DNA of 64,000 nt from Giardia intestinalis (Eukaryota): NCBI GenBank assembly GCA_000002435.2, contig CM018792.1; one strand, written 5' to 3'. The translations under genes were made by a program, and so were the position numbers. The notes under the pieces are model-generated. The model saw only the letters and a list, made by a program, of their open reading frames with translations, made no database searches and had not been told where the DNA came from. Shown in pieces: positions 35,718-46,103 of this stretch (position 1 is the stretch's first letter; the number at the start of each line of letters is the position of its first letter).

Positions 35718-36101
35718 ATGGAGCTGCGAGCCCCCGATGTCATGGATGCCATCTTGGTATTACTACGTAGCATGAGAATCGAGAGCATCACGACAGAGGC
35801 CATGAATAGACTTCTTTCCGTCGTTGAGGTCATTACAGAGGATGCTGGGGATGTGTGGCGTGGAAGCAGGGACAACTTCTCAAACAGTTTGTTCGGCGCC
35901 ATGAGGAAATACGGAGCATCAACTTCTTCTTTAAAGGAGCACTTCCATTACTTTAGCAAACTGGAGCCGCCGGATCAACAGGGACTTAACTCATCCATCT
36001 TCATTTCTTCCTCATTCAATGATTCTCTCGAGCCTCACCGCAAGCTATTCTTCGCTCCATCGTATCAGGAATTTTTACAATGCATCAGCAAACAGCAGTA
36101 G
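35718..36101 (+). CDS. Small hypothetical protein (127 aa)
   Basis: ATG preceded by AT-rich aggcaaaaagattttATG. In frame with the preceding ORF across a single stop. Confidence 0.35.
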   Translation: MELRAPDVMDAILVLLRSMRIESITTEAMNRLLSVVEVITEDAGDVWRGSRDNFSNSLFGAMRKYGASTSSLKEHFHYFSKLEPPDQQGLNSSIFISSSFNDSLEPHRKLFFAPSYQEFLQCISKQQ

Positions 36102-36274
36102 ATTTTTAAACGACTTAGAACTACGTTCAGTGCTGTGGCCTATGTGTAGGTAGGTCTCGACATGAAGCTCCCTGTGTATTTTTTTCTCCTGTGTGTGAAC
36201 TAATTTGTTTCCTTTGTTTGCTAAGCTTATCTTAGCAGGTTAACCAGAACATTGAAAACTCAAAAATTAGGATC

Positions 36275-38953
36275 ATGAACACACCTACCAAGGGGGCATC
36301 TCAGCGAAAAATCGGATCCGATGAGATGACGGGGTCACCGCGCATCACTAGTGCGATGATGATAAGTGAGCAGGACATTATGTCTGCTGCTGAGCGACTG
36401 GCGCAGGAAAATAATACGCTTGTTTGCTCTGAGTTAAACAAGATAGCTTCATTGTCATCTTGCACGCTGTCTCCCTCTATCACTGCCCATGTTCTTGGCA
36501 TGTTAGACACCATTGTCGAAGGCTGTGCTATCGGAGAGTCCATGACAATTAAGATGCTGTCTCCTCCATCCGAGGCGGATGCAAATGTGCCTAGGTCTCC
36601 GTTGCCCAAAACACCCGCACGCCTCAGTTCGTCAACTACTTCCATTCGCTCTCCACTGGCTGCCTCTCTTTCAAGCAGTCAGGGCGCATCGCTTGCGTCT
36701 CCTCTGCAGCGAGGCTCAGATGCGTTGTATGATGCCATGCACTCTCCCCTATTCTTTCCTGGCGCAAGTCCGGCCCGTCAATCTGCCAATGCTGACAGCC
36801 TCACTATAACAGAGGCGATAGAAGTAGAGTTCTCCGGGGGGATATACGAAGAAACAGACGAGTTGAAGAAGTCCCACAATGCCATGTCCTTCTTAACATC
36901 TTCACAACACCTCGTTACGACAGATGAGCATGCTAACACTGCACCCGAGGATACAGAGATCATAGAGCTCAAGGACGATGTAGACTACTCCCATCATTAC
37001 GCAAAAGTGGAGCTGAATCTTACAGACGAGCAACTTGTGCAGCTCGCTGCTGACGCTGCAGAGATACCAGACCTCCGTCTGAAGTATCATATCAGGAGAC
37101 CATCGGAGCAGGAAATAGTGCGCTCCTGCAGGTTCTGCTTCGACAACTCGAGATGCAGTAAGCTCAAGCTTCATCGCTCGTCGGCCCCTGATTTCTGTAA
37201 GACGTGTACAGATAGAACACAATTTGAGCTGAGTTGTATCAATAGACTGTCGCAGATTTTTCACAGAGGGATCTCTCTGTTTTCTGTCGTTGATAGCGAG
37301 CTTCTTACACCCGACTTAGACTCTATGTACTCGCGTTTGATGGCAGACATTGTAACGATTTACGAGATACCAGATGTCTCATTCTTACATAAGTGCGCTG
37401 CCACAATGGCTGGGCTCAGTGATAATGCTTTTCGGAAGGAGGTTGTGCAGCCATCTCTCTTACACTGCAAGCAGGCCATGGGGATTCAGGGCGATGGACC
37501 CGTGACCGAGCCTGGAGTACGGTCTCAAAAAGACAAGAAGCAGGGTGCCATGTTGGTGATGGCTGAACTTATATGCGAGGGCATCTTTGGCGTTCCAGGC
37601 TTTTTGGCATTCCCTCTCTTTGCTAGAATACGCTCTGAATACAGACACATGCATCCTTGCTATCTAGATAACATAGACAAGTTTCCTGTTCCGGAGACTA
37701 TACGCTCTCAGATACTCTTGGACGCGCCAGCAGAGAACAACACTTATACAAAATTGACAAGCTATAAATTCCTCAAACAAGCTGAAAACTTCAATATCTA
37801 CTCTGTCACGCTAGACCAAATAAGGGCCTTCTACTCCGAAAACATCATGGGGCGTTCGACGAATACACGGCTCTTTAACTGTCTTAAGTTAGGGAAAGCA
37901 CACGCCATCGTGGAGGATGATCTGATGGCATTCATGGCAGGTGTGTGCAGGTACCATCCGGCTCTAGAATTTCTTCGTGCTACTCCCGAATTTCAGGTCC
38001 AGTATTCCATCACGGTTGTCACCCGCATATTCTATCTCCTTGACAGGACGTTTAAGCAGCATATAACTCACCACGATCTTACTATCAATAAATTTATAAA
38101 TACGCTCTGGCTTCTTCAACGAGAGCCAGACATTAACCGTGTCTTAAAGTATTTCTCTTATGAGCACTTCTACGTCATATTCTGCAAGTTCTGGGAGCTA
38201 GACACCGATCACGACCAACTTATTTCAGCGCAAGATCTGTATAGGTACGGAATACACACCTGTCCATTTCCGTACATCTGCAAATGCGGAAAAACTGATG
38301 GCACGTGCATGTGTAACAGAGTGTACAATCCCAAAGTTGTCGATAGGATCTTTGCAGAAATACCTAGACCGTTCAGGTCGAATGTACCCGGCAAAATGAG
38401 CTACAAAGACTTTATTCCGTTTATTCTAGCAGAAGAGGATAAGGATTCAGACCCTGCACTAGACTACTTTTTCTCGCTTATGGATGTTGACGGTGATGGG
38501 TACATTTCCACCGAGGATATCATGCACTTCTGCCCTGATATGGAGAATATGTACCATTGCCACAAGAGGGATACCAATAGACAGAAAGACATCATGTGCC
38601 AAATGGTTGACATGGCCAAACACACACAACACTGTGTGGGGGAGGGGTTCTATCACCAAGACCAACGAATTAGCAAACGAGACGTACGCAGGTGCAAGAC
38701 ACAGGGTAACCTCTTCAACGTCTTCTTCAACTTCACAAAGGCAGTCCAATTTGAGTGCAAAGATCCCTACACAATTAGATATAGCCCCCATATGTTCGAG
38801 AAAACAACATGGGAGCGGTTTGCCCGCATTATCTATGATTCCCTAGAGGGAATGGAGGAAACGGCGCAGGAGGTATACGAAGAGCCAGAGCCACTTGGAG
38901 ATGATCTGGCGGCAGATACAATCATCCTAGACGCTGACGCGTTAGATGTTTGA
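36275..38953 (+). CDS. Protein phosphatase 2A regulatory subunit B'' (PR72/PR70-like) with EF-hands and a long N-terminal extension
   Basis: FCKFWELDTDHDQLISAQDLYRYG...VVDRIFAEI matches the conserved B'' block (FWELDTDHDL.I...DL.RY....RIF). A second canonical EF-hand loop is DVDGDGYISTEDI. Confidence 0.55.
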   Translation: MNTPTKGASQRKIGSDEMTGSPRITSAMMISEQDIMSAAERLAQENNTLVCSELNKIASLSSCTLSPSITAHVLGMLDTIVEGCAIGESMTIKMLSPPSEADANVPRSPLPKTPARLSSSTTSIRSPLAASLSSSQGASLASPLQRGSDALYDAMHSPLFFPGASPARQSANADSLTITEAIEVEFSGGIYEETDELKKSHNAMSFLTSSQHLVTTDEHANTAPEDTEIIELKDDVDYSHHYAKVELNLTDEQLVQLAADAAEIPDLRLKYHIRRPSEQEIVRSCRFCFDNSRCSKLKLHRSSAPDFCKTCTDRTQFELSCINRLSQIFHRGISLFSVVDSELLTPDLDSMYSRLMADIVTIYEIPDVSFLHKCAATMAGLSDNAFRKEVVQPSLLHCKQAMGIQGDGPVTEPGVRSQKDKKQGAMLVMAELICEGIFGVPGFLAFPLFARIRSEYRHMHPCYLDNIDKFPVPETIRSQILLDAPAENNTYTKLTSYKFLKQAENFNIYSVTLDQIRAFYSENIMGRSTNTRLFNCLKLGKAHAIVEDDLMAFMAGVCRYHPALEFLRATPEFQVQYSITVVTRIFYLLDRTFKQHITHHDLTINKFINTLWLLQREPDINRVLKYFSYEHFYVIFCKFWELDTDHDQLISAQDLYRYGIHTCPFPYICKCGKTDGTCMCNRVYNPKVVDRIFAEIPRPFRSNVPGKMSYKDFIPFILAEEDKDSDPALDYFFSLMDVDGDGYISTEDIMHFCPDMENMYHCHKRDTNRQKDIMCQMVDMAKHTQHCVGEGFYHQDQRISKRDVRRCKTQGNLFNVFFNFTKAVQFECKDPYTIRYSPHMFEKTTWERFARIIYDSLEGMEETAQEVYEEPEPLGDDLAADTIILDADALDV

Positions 38954-39037
38954 CCCTATCGAACGCTGACAACTCAGATAGAGTAGATCATGTAAATAGG
39001 CAGTTCTCCACACAAGTGCATGTGTGCACACCTCTGG

Positions 39038-42000
39038 TCACATGACTCTCATTTCAGCACTCAGGCTTTCGAGATAGATAAGCTCTATTTGTCTGGACAG
39101 GGGTAGGTCCCTGCAAACCTTAAAGAAATGGAAGAATGATGTCTGAAGGGCAAAAAGCTGAGGGCGCATTAGAGTGGTAGCGAAGACTGAGTCACGATCG
39201 CTAGTATAGTACAAGAGAGGCATGGATCCATGCGGCAAAATGGATGAAGCAACGCTCAGTGGAAAGGTGTGCTCAATAATGTACTGCAGTAGGGTGCTCA
39301 CGTGCTTGTATAGTTTTTCAGATGGAGGGATGGCATGGAAGTGAAGATAGTTGTATTCTACGTGCGCCAGAACGTTTTTGATGAGAGAAATGCACTTCTT
39401 CAGCGTTGACACAGACTCCATATAAAGTGAAAGCGTAAATAATGCTGTGTTGAAGAGAAACTGGTGTAGAGATGTAGAGTCAATAGTAACAAGGAACTCC
39501 TGATTAGATTTATTGTAGGAGTAAAACACAGATAGTTGTTCCAGGGCCAATGCAGCTTCTTCGCGCTTGGATTGGGGAAAGGAGCTTATGATAGAGATCA
39601 GTTCAGAGTCTATATTTCCATAAGCAAATAATTCAAAAGATGAGACCACAGAGGTCGATTGGGCCCTATTATTGGAGGAAGCGTCCGCTGAATAGCGATT
39701 TGAGTAGGGTAGAAAGCGAGAGATTATCAAATACAAAACATCGTCGTCGATAACATCTTTAAACATAGGATAATTGTTGTAGATTGCAAGTGTGAGGATG
39801 AGGTGCAGCTGTGGATATGCCTCTAATCTGAGCACAGCACATGAAACAGCCGCTATGCTTAGTGATTCTGCTAAATTGCCTGCCTCGGTCAATAAAAGGC
39901 TTATATAAAGCGTAAGTATAATAGAAAGACACAAAGACAACGTTTTGGGACCAAATGTTCCCACAGAGCACGAAGAAACAAATGCGTTAGACAGTTGCAC
40001 AGATAGAAGCCTACAAAGGCCTTCCTGGTCCGAAGACTGTTTCAGAAGCTCGTACAGACAAGTAAAGATGGAGGTGAACACGGCCTCATTGGAAAGCGCA
40101 TATGAAAAGAGCGTGCTCAAGCATGCTTCTGTTTTAAGATAAGAATCTTGCCGCTGAGTGTTGCACTTGCAAACCAGCTCCTTGGCTAAGCGCACCGGAA
40201 TTTCATTGAGCGCCTTTTCAATCTCAGGTCGAGATTGCTCTGCCCCTTCTTCTACAGATATGATCATACTTATCAAAGTAATGGCGTTGATTATTATTCG
40301 AGTGGCAATCTCAATGCTTTCCGTAAGACGTGGAAGAAGAGAGAAAACTGTGGAACAAAGGTCTAACAGCACTGCAGACGACTGACAGCTTGCTTTTCCA
40401 TCGATAACTAGCAATGAAAGAATGTCTTCAAGAAGAGCCGTCAGAGACAGCATAGCGTCTTCGTCCCCTAAATCTGATAGCAAGGAAAGCCAAGGACTAT
40501 GCTCCAGGCTCTTTTGAAAGATCTCTGGGAAAAATGAGTCCATCAATGGATATTGCATAATTCTGGAGAACAGCTCCTCAAAGGATAAGTTAGTGGCTTT
40601 TGTGACACCATCATCACTGTGCATCAACTGGACGTCATCTGGCTTCATGCCCATACAGAAAAGTCTGATAGAGTCATCCACCATGGACAGGCCCGTAGCC
40701 ACAGAGAGTGAATGCGTCAGCGAAATAAATGCACGAATCACTTGTATCTTCAAGGGATAGGCTGCAGAAGATACTACACTCATGCAGGAGGTGAAGAAGA
40801 TGTGATGGCAAGAAACGATTGTTGCAGCCGGGGACGAGGTAGCCTTGCGAGATGTACTGGGAGAACAAGTGATCAAGATTGATATGGATTTGAAGAGCAC
40901 ATCGCGTGTCAGGACCAGTATATCGACTGGAGTACAGACAGACAAGTAGCTCCCCACTATTTTGCAAAGAAGCTCGACTATCTTGATGCGCATAACAGAA
41001 ATAGGTGTAGAGCAGAGACGAACGACACGAAGAAGCCCTATGCACCAGAGTTCTTTAAAGCAATCGTCACTTTGAGATCCAGAACATGTCAAAACGCTTT
41101 CATATACCTGCAAGTACTCTATAGCATCCACCAGTTTAGAATCCAAGAAATCAAAAAGTCTGTGCAGTATCAGGAAGTAGGCATGCAGGAATTTGTCTGC
41201 AAAAGTAGAAACTCGATCGAGCGCATGGTAATTGCTCAATATAGAGGCTAGGAGGCCTACACAATTCTGGTGTATCTTCATCACAGCCTGACTTGGGAGC
41301 TTGTCCTGACAAAGGATGGGTATATACATTATAATCTGTGACACTAACGTTAATTGGAGCAGAATCCTGCTTTCATTAGCGGCCGTAGAGTCACTGCCAG
41401 GGGTGGCATTGGGAAGAATAGTCATTGATGGCTTATAGTCATCTGTTAGCGCCAGACACAACTGTGAAAGCGTGCACAGAAACGTTTCTGTGGAAGCCAA
41501 CAATCCGAGTAGTGAATGAAGCTTTCTGAATGAGGACGGGAACAGAAGCAGCAGATCATCACGTCCAAATAGAGACTGAGTAGTTAAGGAATCTATCAGC
41601 TGTTCCTTTATCTCGGAAGACATATCAAACTCATCAAGAGACCGTAATGTCAGTGCCCCCAGAAGCAGTCCATAACCAAACAACAACGATAGGTCCTTTT
41701 CGTTAATCTCAATCAATCCATCATAAAATTGAGCATTGAAAGACTCACATACGCGTGCCATGGCAGCCGACTCTAGCAACCTTTGTCGCCACTCTGGCCA
41801 CTTTGAATCGTGGGAGATGCGAAAGAGCAGGCGTGCTTGAGTCTGAATGCAGATGGAGGTGAATTCCTCAACTGACGAAGCGCTCCTCTGAAGACTTTTT
41901 CTTTTTCGTTCATCAATAACTGAAAATAAAACAGAATTGCAATCCAATGAATTCGAATTCAATTTGCTTGATATTTCTTGTCCCAATAATATTGTTTCGT

Positions 42001-44224
42001 TGAGTGGATCATATAATTCTATAGTTGTTGCACTAATGCTATCGTCCGAGTGAGTATAAAGTATACTGTACAAGGTCTCTGCAGGAAACGGAGTTTGCAC
42101 AGAGTCAGCCACATGCCGGAAGTGGAGTATTCCAGCAAGTGATGCCAATAGGGCAGAGACGCATTGTGCTCCAGTGGATGACGCAACCAATCCACCAATG
42201 TGGGATAGAAGAAGACGGTGAAGATCGATGAGAAAATCTACATGAGAGAGCATCCTAGAGACAGTAGTGGAGTAAGACGTAGAGGTGCAAATGACGTGGG
42301 AGAATAAGCTAAAGCCCAGGTGAGACTCTGAATTAGCGATGAGAAGAGGGATGGAACAGTCAGGTTCCTTGGTCTGCTGTGCCACTTGAGTCACACAACT
42401 GCAATGAAGTAATGCCTGGACGCTTGCAAATGATACTCTGCAGGTATCCTTCCGACCTGCTTCGAGAGATAAAAGACACAAAAGGCAGGGTAGTGCTGAA
42501 ATAGCTCTAACCAGTCCCTCTAAATTAAGATCTTCCTTCTTTTCAGAAGCATGCAGCGCACTTTCTACAAAAGCACGTAAAAGGTCTAGAATCTTTGAGT
42601 GAGGGTAGCGATTAGCAGAGTCCTCAACAACGGTTGGAAGACAATAATCATGGGATAGTAAGCGATAGAGAGATAGAGCTGTGGCTAGAACGGTTGATGG
42701 AGTTAAGGCATTAATGAATACTTCACTGGTGATGAGTCTCTTGATTGTGCAATTCCAAGATATAAGTGAAAAACCACAAATATATAGCATTGGAACGTTT
42801 GTCTGCTTTCCTACATTCTTAGAATCCTTAGCCGATAGAGAATAAAGAGCTTTGAAGAGGGAGAAGTTTTGCACCGTGCTGCCTATGCTTTCTGATGACT
42901 CAAAGGATATGCCAAACTCAGTTTCTACTGTATCTATTGCAGTGCTCAATGACACACTATCATTAGTCAATAACATATTATATTGTGCAGTAGTCAAAGC
43001 ATCGAGTAAGGGCGCCAAATTGAAATGTGGACCAGGCTCAAGATCTGCCTCGTACACAGGAAAGATGTGCGAGGTGATAGCCAGACAAGTGTGGGTGACA
43101 AGGCATCTGGCTTGCAGTAAGGGAAGAAAGGCTTTTTCTGGTATGCTATTGGTCGAGTAGTATCCAGAAGACTCTGCCTCACGTAACGTCAGCAGTGCTA
43201 TCAAAAGAGTTTGGGACGATTGGTGATACTTGAGCAAAGAAACTGCAATGCTCAGAAGCATGTTGAAAGAGTAAATATATGTCAGTAAAAAAAGAGTGAC
43301 AGACGAAGGAGCTAGAGGGTTGTCCGGATTCATCAAAATAGCAGATAGCAAAAATGTAAACAGACACTGTGGCGAGTACTGGCTCGGTGATAGTTCTTCA
43401 GAAGACATCTCAGTAAGTTGTGCAAATACGTCATCTGCGTTCTGAAACTCTGGACGACTATACTCAGAGAAATTAGTTGACGTGAAATTATGTATTCGTA
43501 CCTTGAGCGCAGTTACCAATGTAGAGTCTATATCAAAGTTATATTTGATGGCTTGCTCTAAAGTCAATGCAGTTAGCCATAAAATGGAATCAATACTTTC
43601 TACAGGTTCTCGTAGCATTCTCATTAACGATGTCGTGGATAAAAGGCAAAGGATGCAATCATCTAACAACGGCGTTAGCACTTTCTGTTTAATATTTTCT
43701 GGTAACTCCATCTGCAGGAGCCTCACAATGCGTTGTTCTGCTTCAATGCGCAAGCACACGGGAACGTTTTTTACAGAAGAGGCATTGTAAATAGACAAGA
43801 GGAAGCATAGAGCAGACCCTGTCGCTATCGCACCGAACGCCTTCTGCTTAACTCCCGCGTCGACCAAACGAAAAAGTGTGTTAACCAGTAGTGTTGTCTT
43901 GGCATCAGCCGCGTATCTCTGCTGCATGGTAATGGGCTCAACGAAGGCCTTCGCCAAGACTTTCTCCAGATGAAGAGTCACAGGCCCAGATTGTACAGTA
44001 TTAATGATTAGGTTCAGAATCGGAAGGTGTGCGGCGCGGAAATTCTCATCTAAAAGCTGAGTGATAAGAATACAGAGAGATTCCTGGACTCCCAAGCTCA
44101 ACTCAGAACACTCCTGTGGATAGGCAGACAAGGCATCCTCTATGTCTCTGATCATACTTCTCATGTCTTCGGTCTTGGTGAGCGTTTTGCAAGAGCTGAG
44201 GGAGGGAAGGATTATGTGGGGCAT
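39038..44224 (-). CDS. Large hypothetical protein (1728 aa, Leu-rich alpha-helical)
   Basis: Single uninterrupted ORF with an ATG start. No recognisable domain. Divergent from the gene at 44238 across a 13-nt AT-rich gap. Confidence 0.6.
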   Translation of the reverse strand: MPHIILPSLSSCKTLTKTEDMRSMIRDIEDALSAYPQECSELSLGVQESLCILITQLLDENFRAAHLPILNLIINTVQSGPVTLHLEKVLAKAFVEPITMQQRYAADAKTTLLVNTLFRLVDAGVKQKAFGAIATGSALCFLLSIYNASSVKNVPVCLRIEAEQRIVRLLQMELPENIKQKVLTPLLDDCILCLLSTTSLMRMLREPVESIDSILWLTALTLEQAIKYNFDIDSTLVTALKVRIHNFTSTNFSEYSRPEFQNADDVFAQLTEMSSEELSPSQYSPQCLFTFLLSAILMNPDNPLAPSSVTLFLLTYIYSFNMLLSIAVSLLKYHQSSQTLLIALLTLREAESSGYYSTNSIPEKAFLPLLQARCLVTHTCLAITSHIFPVYEADLEPGPHFNLAPLLDALTTAQYNMLLTNDSVSLSTAIDTVETEFGISFESSESIGSTVQNFSLFKALYSLSAKDSKNVGKQTNVPMLYICGFSLISWNCTIKRLITSEVFINALTPSTVLATALSLYRLLSHDYCLPTVVEDSANRYPHSKILDLLRAFVESALHASEKKEDLNLEGLVRAISALPCLLCLLSLEAGRKDTCRVSFASVQALLHCSCVTQVAQQTKEPDCSIPLLIANSESHLGFSLFSHVICTSTSYSTTVSRMLSHVDFLIDLHRLLLSHIGGLVASSTGAQCVSALLASLAGILHFRHVADSVQTPFPAETLYSILYTHSDDSISATTIELYDPLNETILLGQEISSKLNSNSLDCNSVLFSVIDERKRKSLQRSASSVEEFTSICIQTQARLLFRISHDSKWPEWRQRLLESAAMARVCESFNAQFYDGLIEINEKDLSLLFGYGLLLGALTLRSLDEFDMSSEIKEQLIDSLTTQSLFGRDDLLLLFPSSFRKLHSLLGLLASTETFLCTLSQLCLALTDDYKPSMTILPNATPGSDSTAANESRILLQLTLVSQIIMYIPILCQDKLPSQAVMKIHQNCVGLLASILSNYHALDRVSTFADKFLHAYFLILHRLFDFLDSKLVDAIEYLQVYESVLTCSGSQSDDCFKELWCIGLLRVVRLCSTPISVMRIKIVELLCKIVGSYLSVCTPVDILVLTRDVLFKSISILITCSPSTSRKATSSPAATIVSCHHIFFTSCMSVVSSAAYPLKIQVIRAFISLTHSLSVATGLSMVDDSIRLFCMGMKPDDVQLMHSDDGVTKATNLSFEELFSRIMQYPLMDSFFPEIFQKSLEHSPWLSLLSDLGDEDAMLSLTALLEDILSLLVIDGKASCQSSAVLLDLCSTVFSLLPRLTESIEIATRIIINAITLISMIISVEEGAEQSRPEIEKALNEIPVRLAKELVCKCNTQRQDSYLKTEACLSTLFSYALSNEAVFTSIFTCLYELLKQSSDQEGLCRLLSVQLSNAFVSSCSVGTFGPKTLSLCLSIILTLYISLLLTEAGNLAESLSIAAVSCAVLRLEAYPQLHLILTLAIYNNYPMFKDVIDDDVLYLIISRFLPYSNRYSADASSNNRAQSTSVVSSFELFAYGNIDSELISIISSFPQSKREEAALALEQLSVFYSYNKSNQEFLVTIDSTSLHQFLFNTALFTLSLYMESVSTLKKCISLIKNVLAHVEYNYLHFHAIPPSEKLYKHVSTLLQYIIEHTFPLSVASSILPHGSMPLLYYTSDRDSVFATTLMRPQLFALQTSFFHFFKVCRDLPLSRQIELIYLESLSAEMRVM

Positions 44225-44237
44225 TCCTTTTAATAAA
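44225..44237. promoter_or_regulatory. 13-nt AT-rich bidirectional promoter gap between divergent genes
   Basis: The gap between the - strand ATG at 44222-44224 and the + strand ATG at 44238 is tccttttaataaa. Confidence 0.5.
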
Positions 44238-46103
44238 ATGCCTGTATCATCGTGTATTGCAACCTTGCTTCCACGATGCTTTGGAGACGAGGTTACCTAC
44301 CTACATGTGAACAGGTTCAAGGAAATTTACAAGACCTATTTGAAGAAAATGCATTTATTTTTGGAACGCTATTATGCAATCTCACTAGCCTTCTGCACAG
44401 AAATCTACGGTGGAAAGCAGCATCATTTGTTCCCACCAGAGTGGGAGGGTGATATGGCATTTTTACATAGCACTCCAGCCCTATTTCTTGGAGCGATTGA
44501 ATTGAAGGATTTAACGTTAGTTCAATTGGAAAAGTTAAAGCAAGCCGGTACCGGCATCAGTGCTTCTCTTCTAGAGTTCCTTCAACTTGCTAGAGATCTG
44601 TCTCTATCCCGTGCTCACTTCAATCCATTGTCTGCGGATCAATGCGAGTCTATAATTAGGTACATAAGACACATTTCTCTGTCTAATGCTCTGCTATTCA
44701 ACTGTGCACAGAAGAAAGCATTGGAGGTCTTCTTTCTCAGCACTATTGTCGATGTCTTAATATGCCGTGAAGAGCTCATTAAGAAGGTGCAAACAGAGCA
44801 GGAAACAGCCCTTAGCAGCAGTAAAATGCGAGATGCACGGACGTATATTCTTTCTAAGATATCGTTTTACCAAGATATCAAAACTGCATTGATCAAGTGG
44901 CGTGAAGGCTGCTCTGTGCAGTTCCCTAGTACGGAACTGACAGAACTAGACTTTGGTGCTGGACGTGGCTATTACAGTGTGTATAAAGCCATCGAATTAG
45001 ACAGAAGGATGATAGCAATTGAGGGCAGCCTAAAACATGCCGAAGGACTGTGTCGATACATTGCAGGGGTGAAGCCGAACGAAGCAGTACAAACCACTAG
45101 AAGTACAACTGTCTCTGTATCACTGAGTATGTTGCGGGTGGCGCTACTATATGTGGATGACAGTACCTCAGGAGCAAGGATTGAAGCAGTGAGCGTGCCA
45201 ATTCAAGAGTTGTCTGGTAGAGTCCATAGAGTTAAGAGCAATGCTCACATACGTGGCAGTGTGATTCAAGGAGCGCAGCTCCCCAATCTATCACTCACTA
45301 CAAGTCCTGTGATAACTCCACCAATCCCCTGTCTGAGCCCCGCTGACACAGGTCGGCAGTACTCAGCCATTGGTCTGCATGCATGTGGTCCTCTCTCTGT
45401 TATTGCGCTGAGGATGTTAATGCAGAAGGACGTCACATCTGCCTTTACTATCCCTTGTTGCTATGGGCATCTCACAAAGGATACATTCCCTATCAGTGAC
45501 CAAGGATCTGCTCTTATCAACGGTTTTTTCTCTGCAACGAAAGTCAAGGAGATGTTTCGAGAGTATCATGCCGACACTATTCCGAGGGAATTTCTCACCT
45601 ATGCTGCGTCTGATAGTGTGTTCACTTGGCCAGAGGTAATAGAAACCATACAATCGTATTGGGCCCGCGCCACTGTGGAACTGGCAAGACGACAGCAGTC
45701 TCCCACTTCTGTCAAGCGGACTCTAGACAAAGATCTGAAAGAGCTTCTCTGTGGAGACAACGCCAGCCTTGCTAAAGCCATAGTGCTGGATCTGCAAAGG
45801 AGCGCTAGGCTGGAGCATGCATCTTGTTCAACTGCTGCTGGAGACAGCTCAACAGACGCAGAGCACCAGAAAACGGCACGAAACGCAATAGAGTATGCAA
45901 CATTATATAGGTGGGCAATGCAGGCACACTATCTCGCACGCAAAGTCAGCGGCCATGTCTTTGAAACATTTATTCTAATGGACCGGCTTGCAGGGCTGAT
46001 AGAGTTAGCCGAGAGATTCTCGCTGCAGCTCTGCGCAGGCATCCTCCCTGCACTGACAGAACTCTCCCCACGCGGATTCCTTGTATATGGATTTAAATGG
46101 TAA
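44238..46103 (+). CDS. METTL25/RRNAD1-family methyltransferase-like protein
   Basis: LTELDFGAGRGYYS (SAM-binding G-x-G-x-G-like; cf. VDLGSGKGYLS) and GLHACGPLS (cf. GLHACGDLT). The start is set at the ATG with upstream ccttttaataaaATG. The longer ORF-track start (44142) would overlap the divergent gene. Confidence 0.5.
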   Translation: MPVSSCIATLLPRCFGDEVTYLHVNRFKEIYKTYLKKMHLFLERYYAISLAFCTEIYGGKQHHLFPPEWEGDMAFLHSTPALFLGAIELKDLTLVQLEKLKQAGTGISASLLEFLQLARDLSLSRAHFNPLSADQCESIIRYIRHISLSNALLFNCAQKKALEVFFLSTIVDVLICREELIKKVQTEQETALSSSKMRDARTYILSKISFYQDIKTALIKWREGCSVQFPSTELTELDFGAGRGYYSVYKAIELDRRMIAIEGSLKHAEGLCRYIAGVKPNEAVQTTRSTTVSVSLSMLRVALLYVDDSTSGARIEAVSVPIQELSGRVHRVKSNAHIRGSVIQGAQLPNLSLTTSPVITPPIPCLSPADTGRQYSAIGLHACGPLSVIALRMLMQKDVTSAFTIPCCYGHLTKDTFPISDQGSALINGFFSATKVKEMFREYHADTIPREFLTYAASDSVFTWPEVIETIQSYWARATVELARRQQSPTSVKRTLDKDLKELLCGDNASLAKAIVLDLQRSARLEHASCSTAAGDSSTDAEHQKTARNAIEYATLYRWAMQAHYLARKVSGHVFETFILMDRLAGLIELAERFSLQLCAGILPALTELSPRGFLVYGFKW

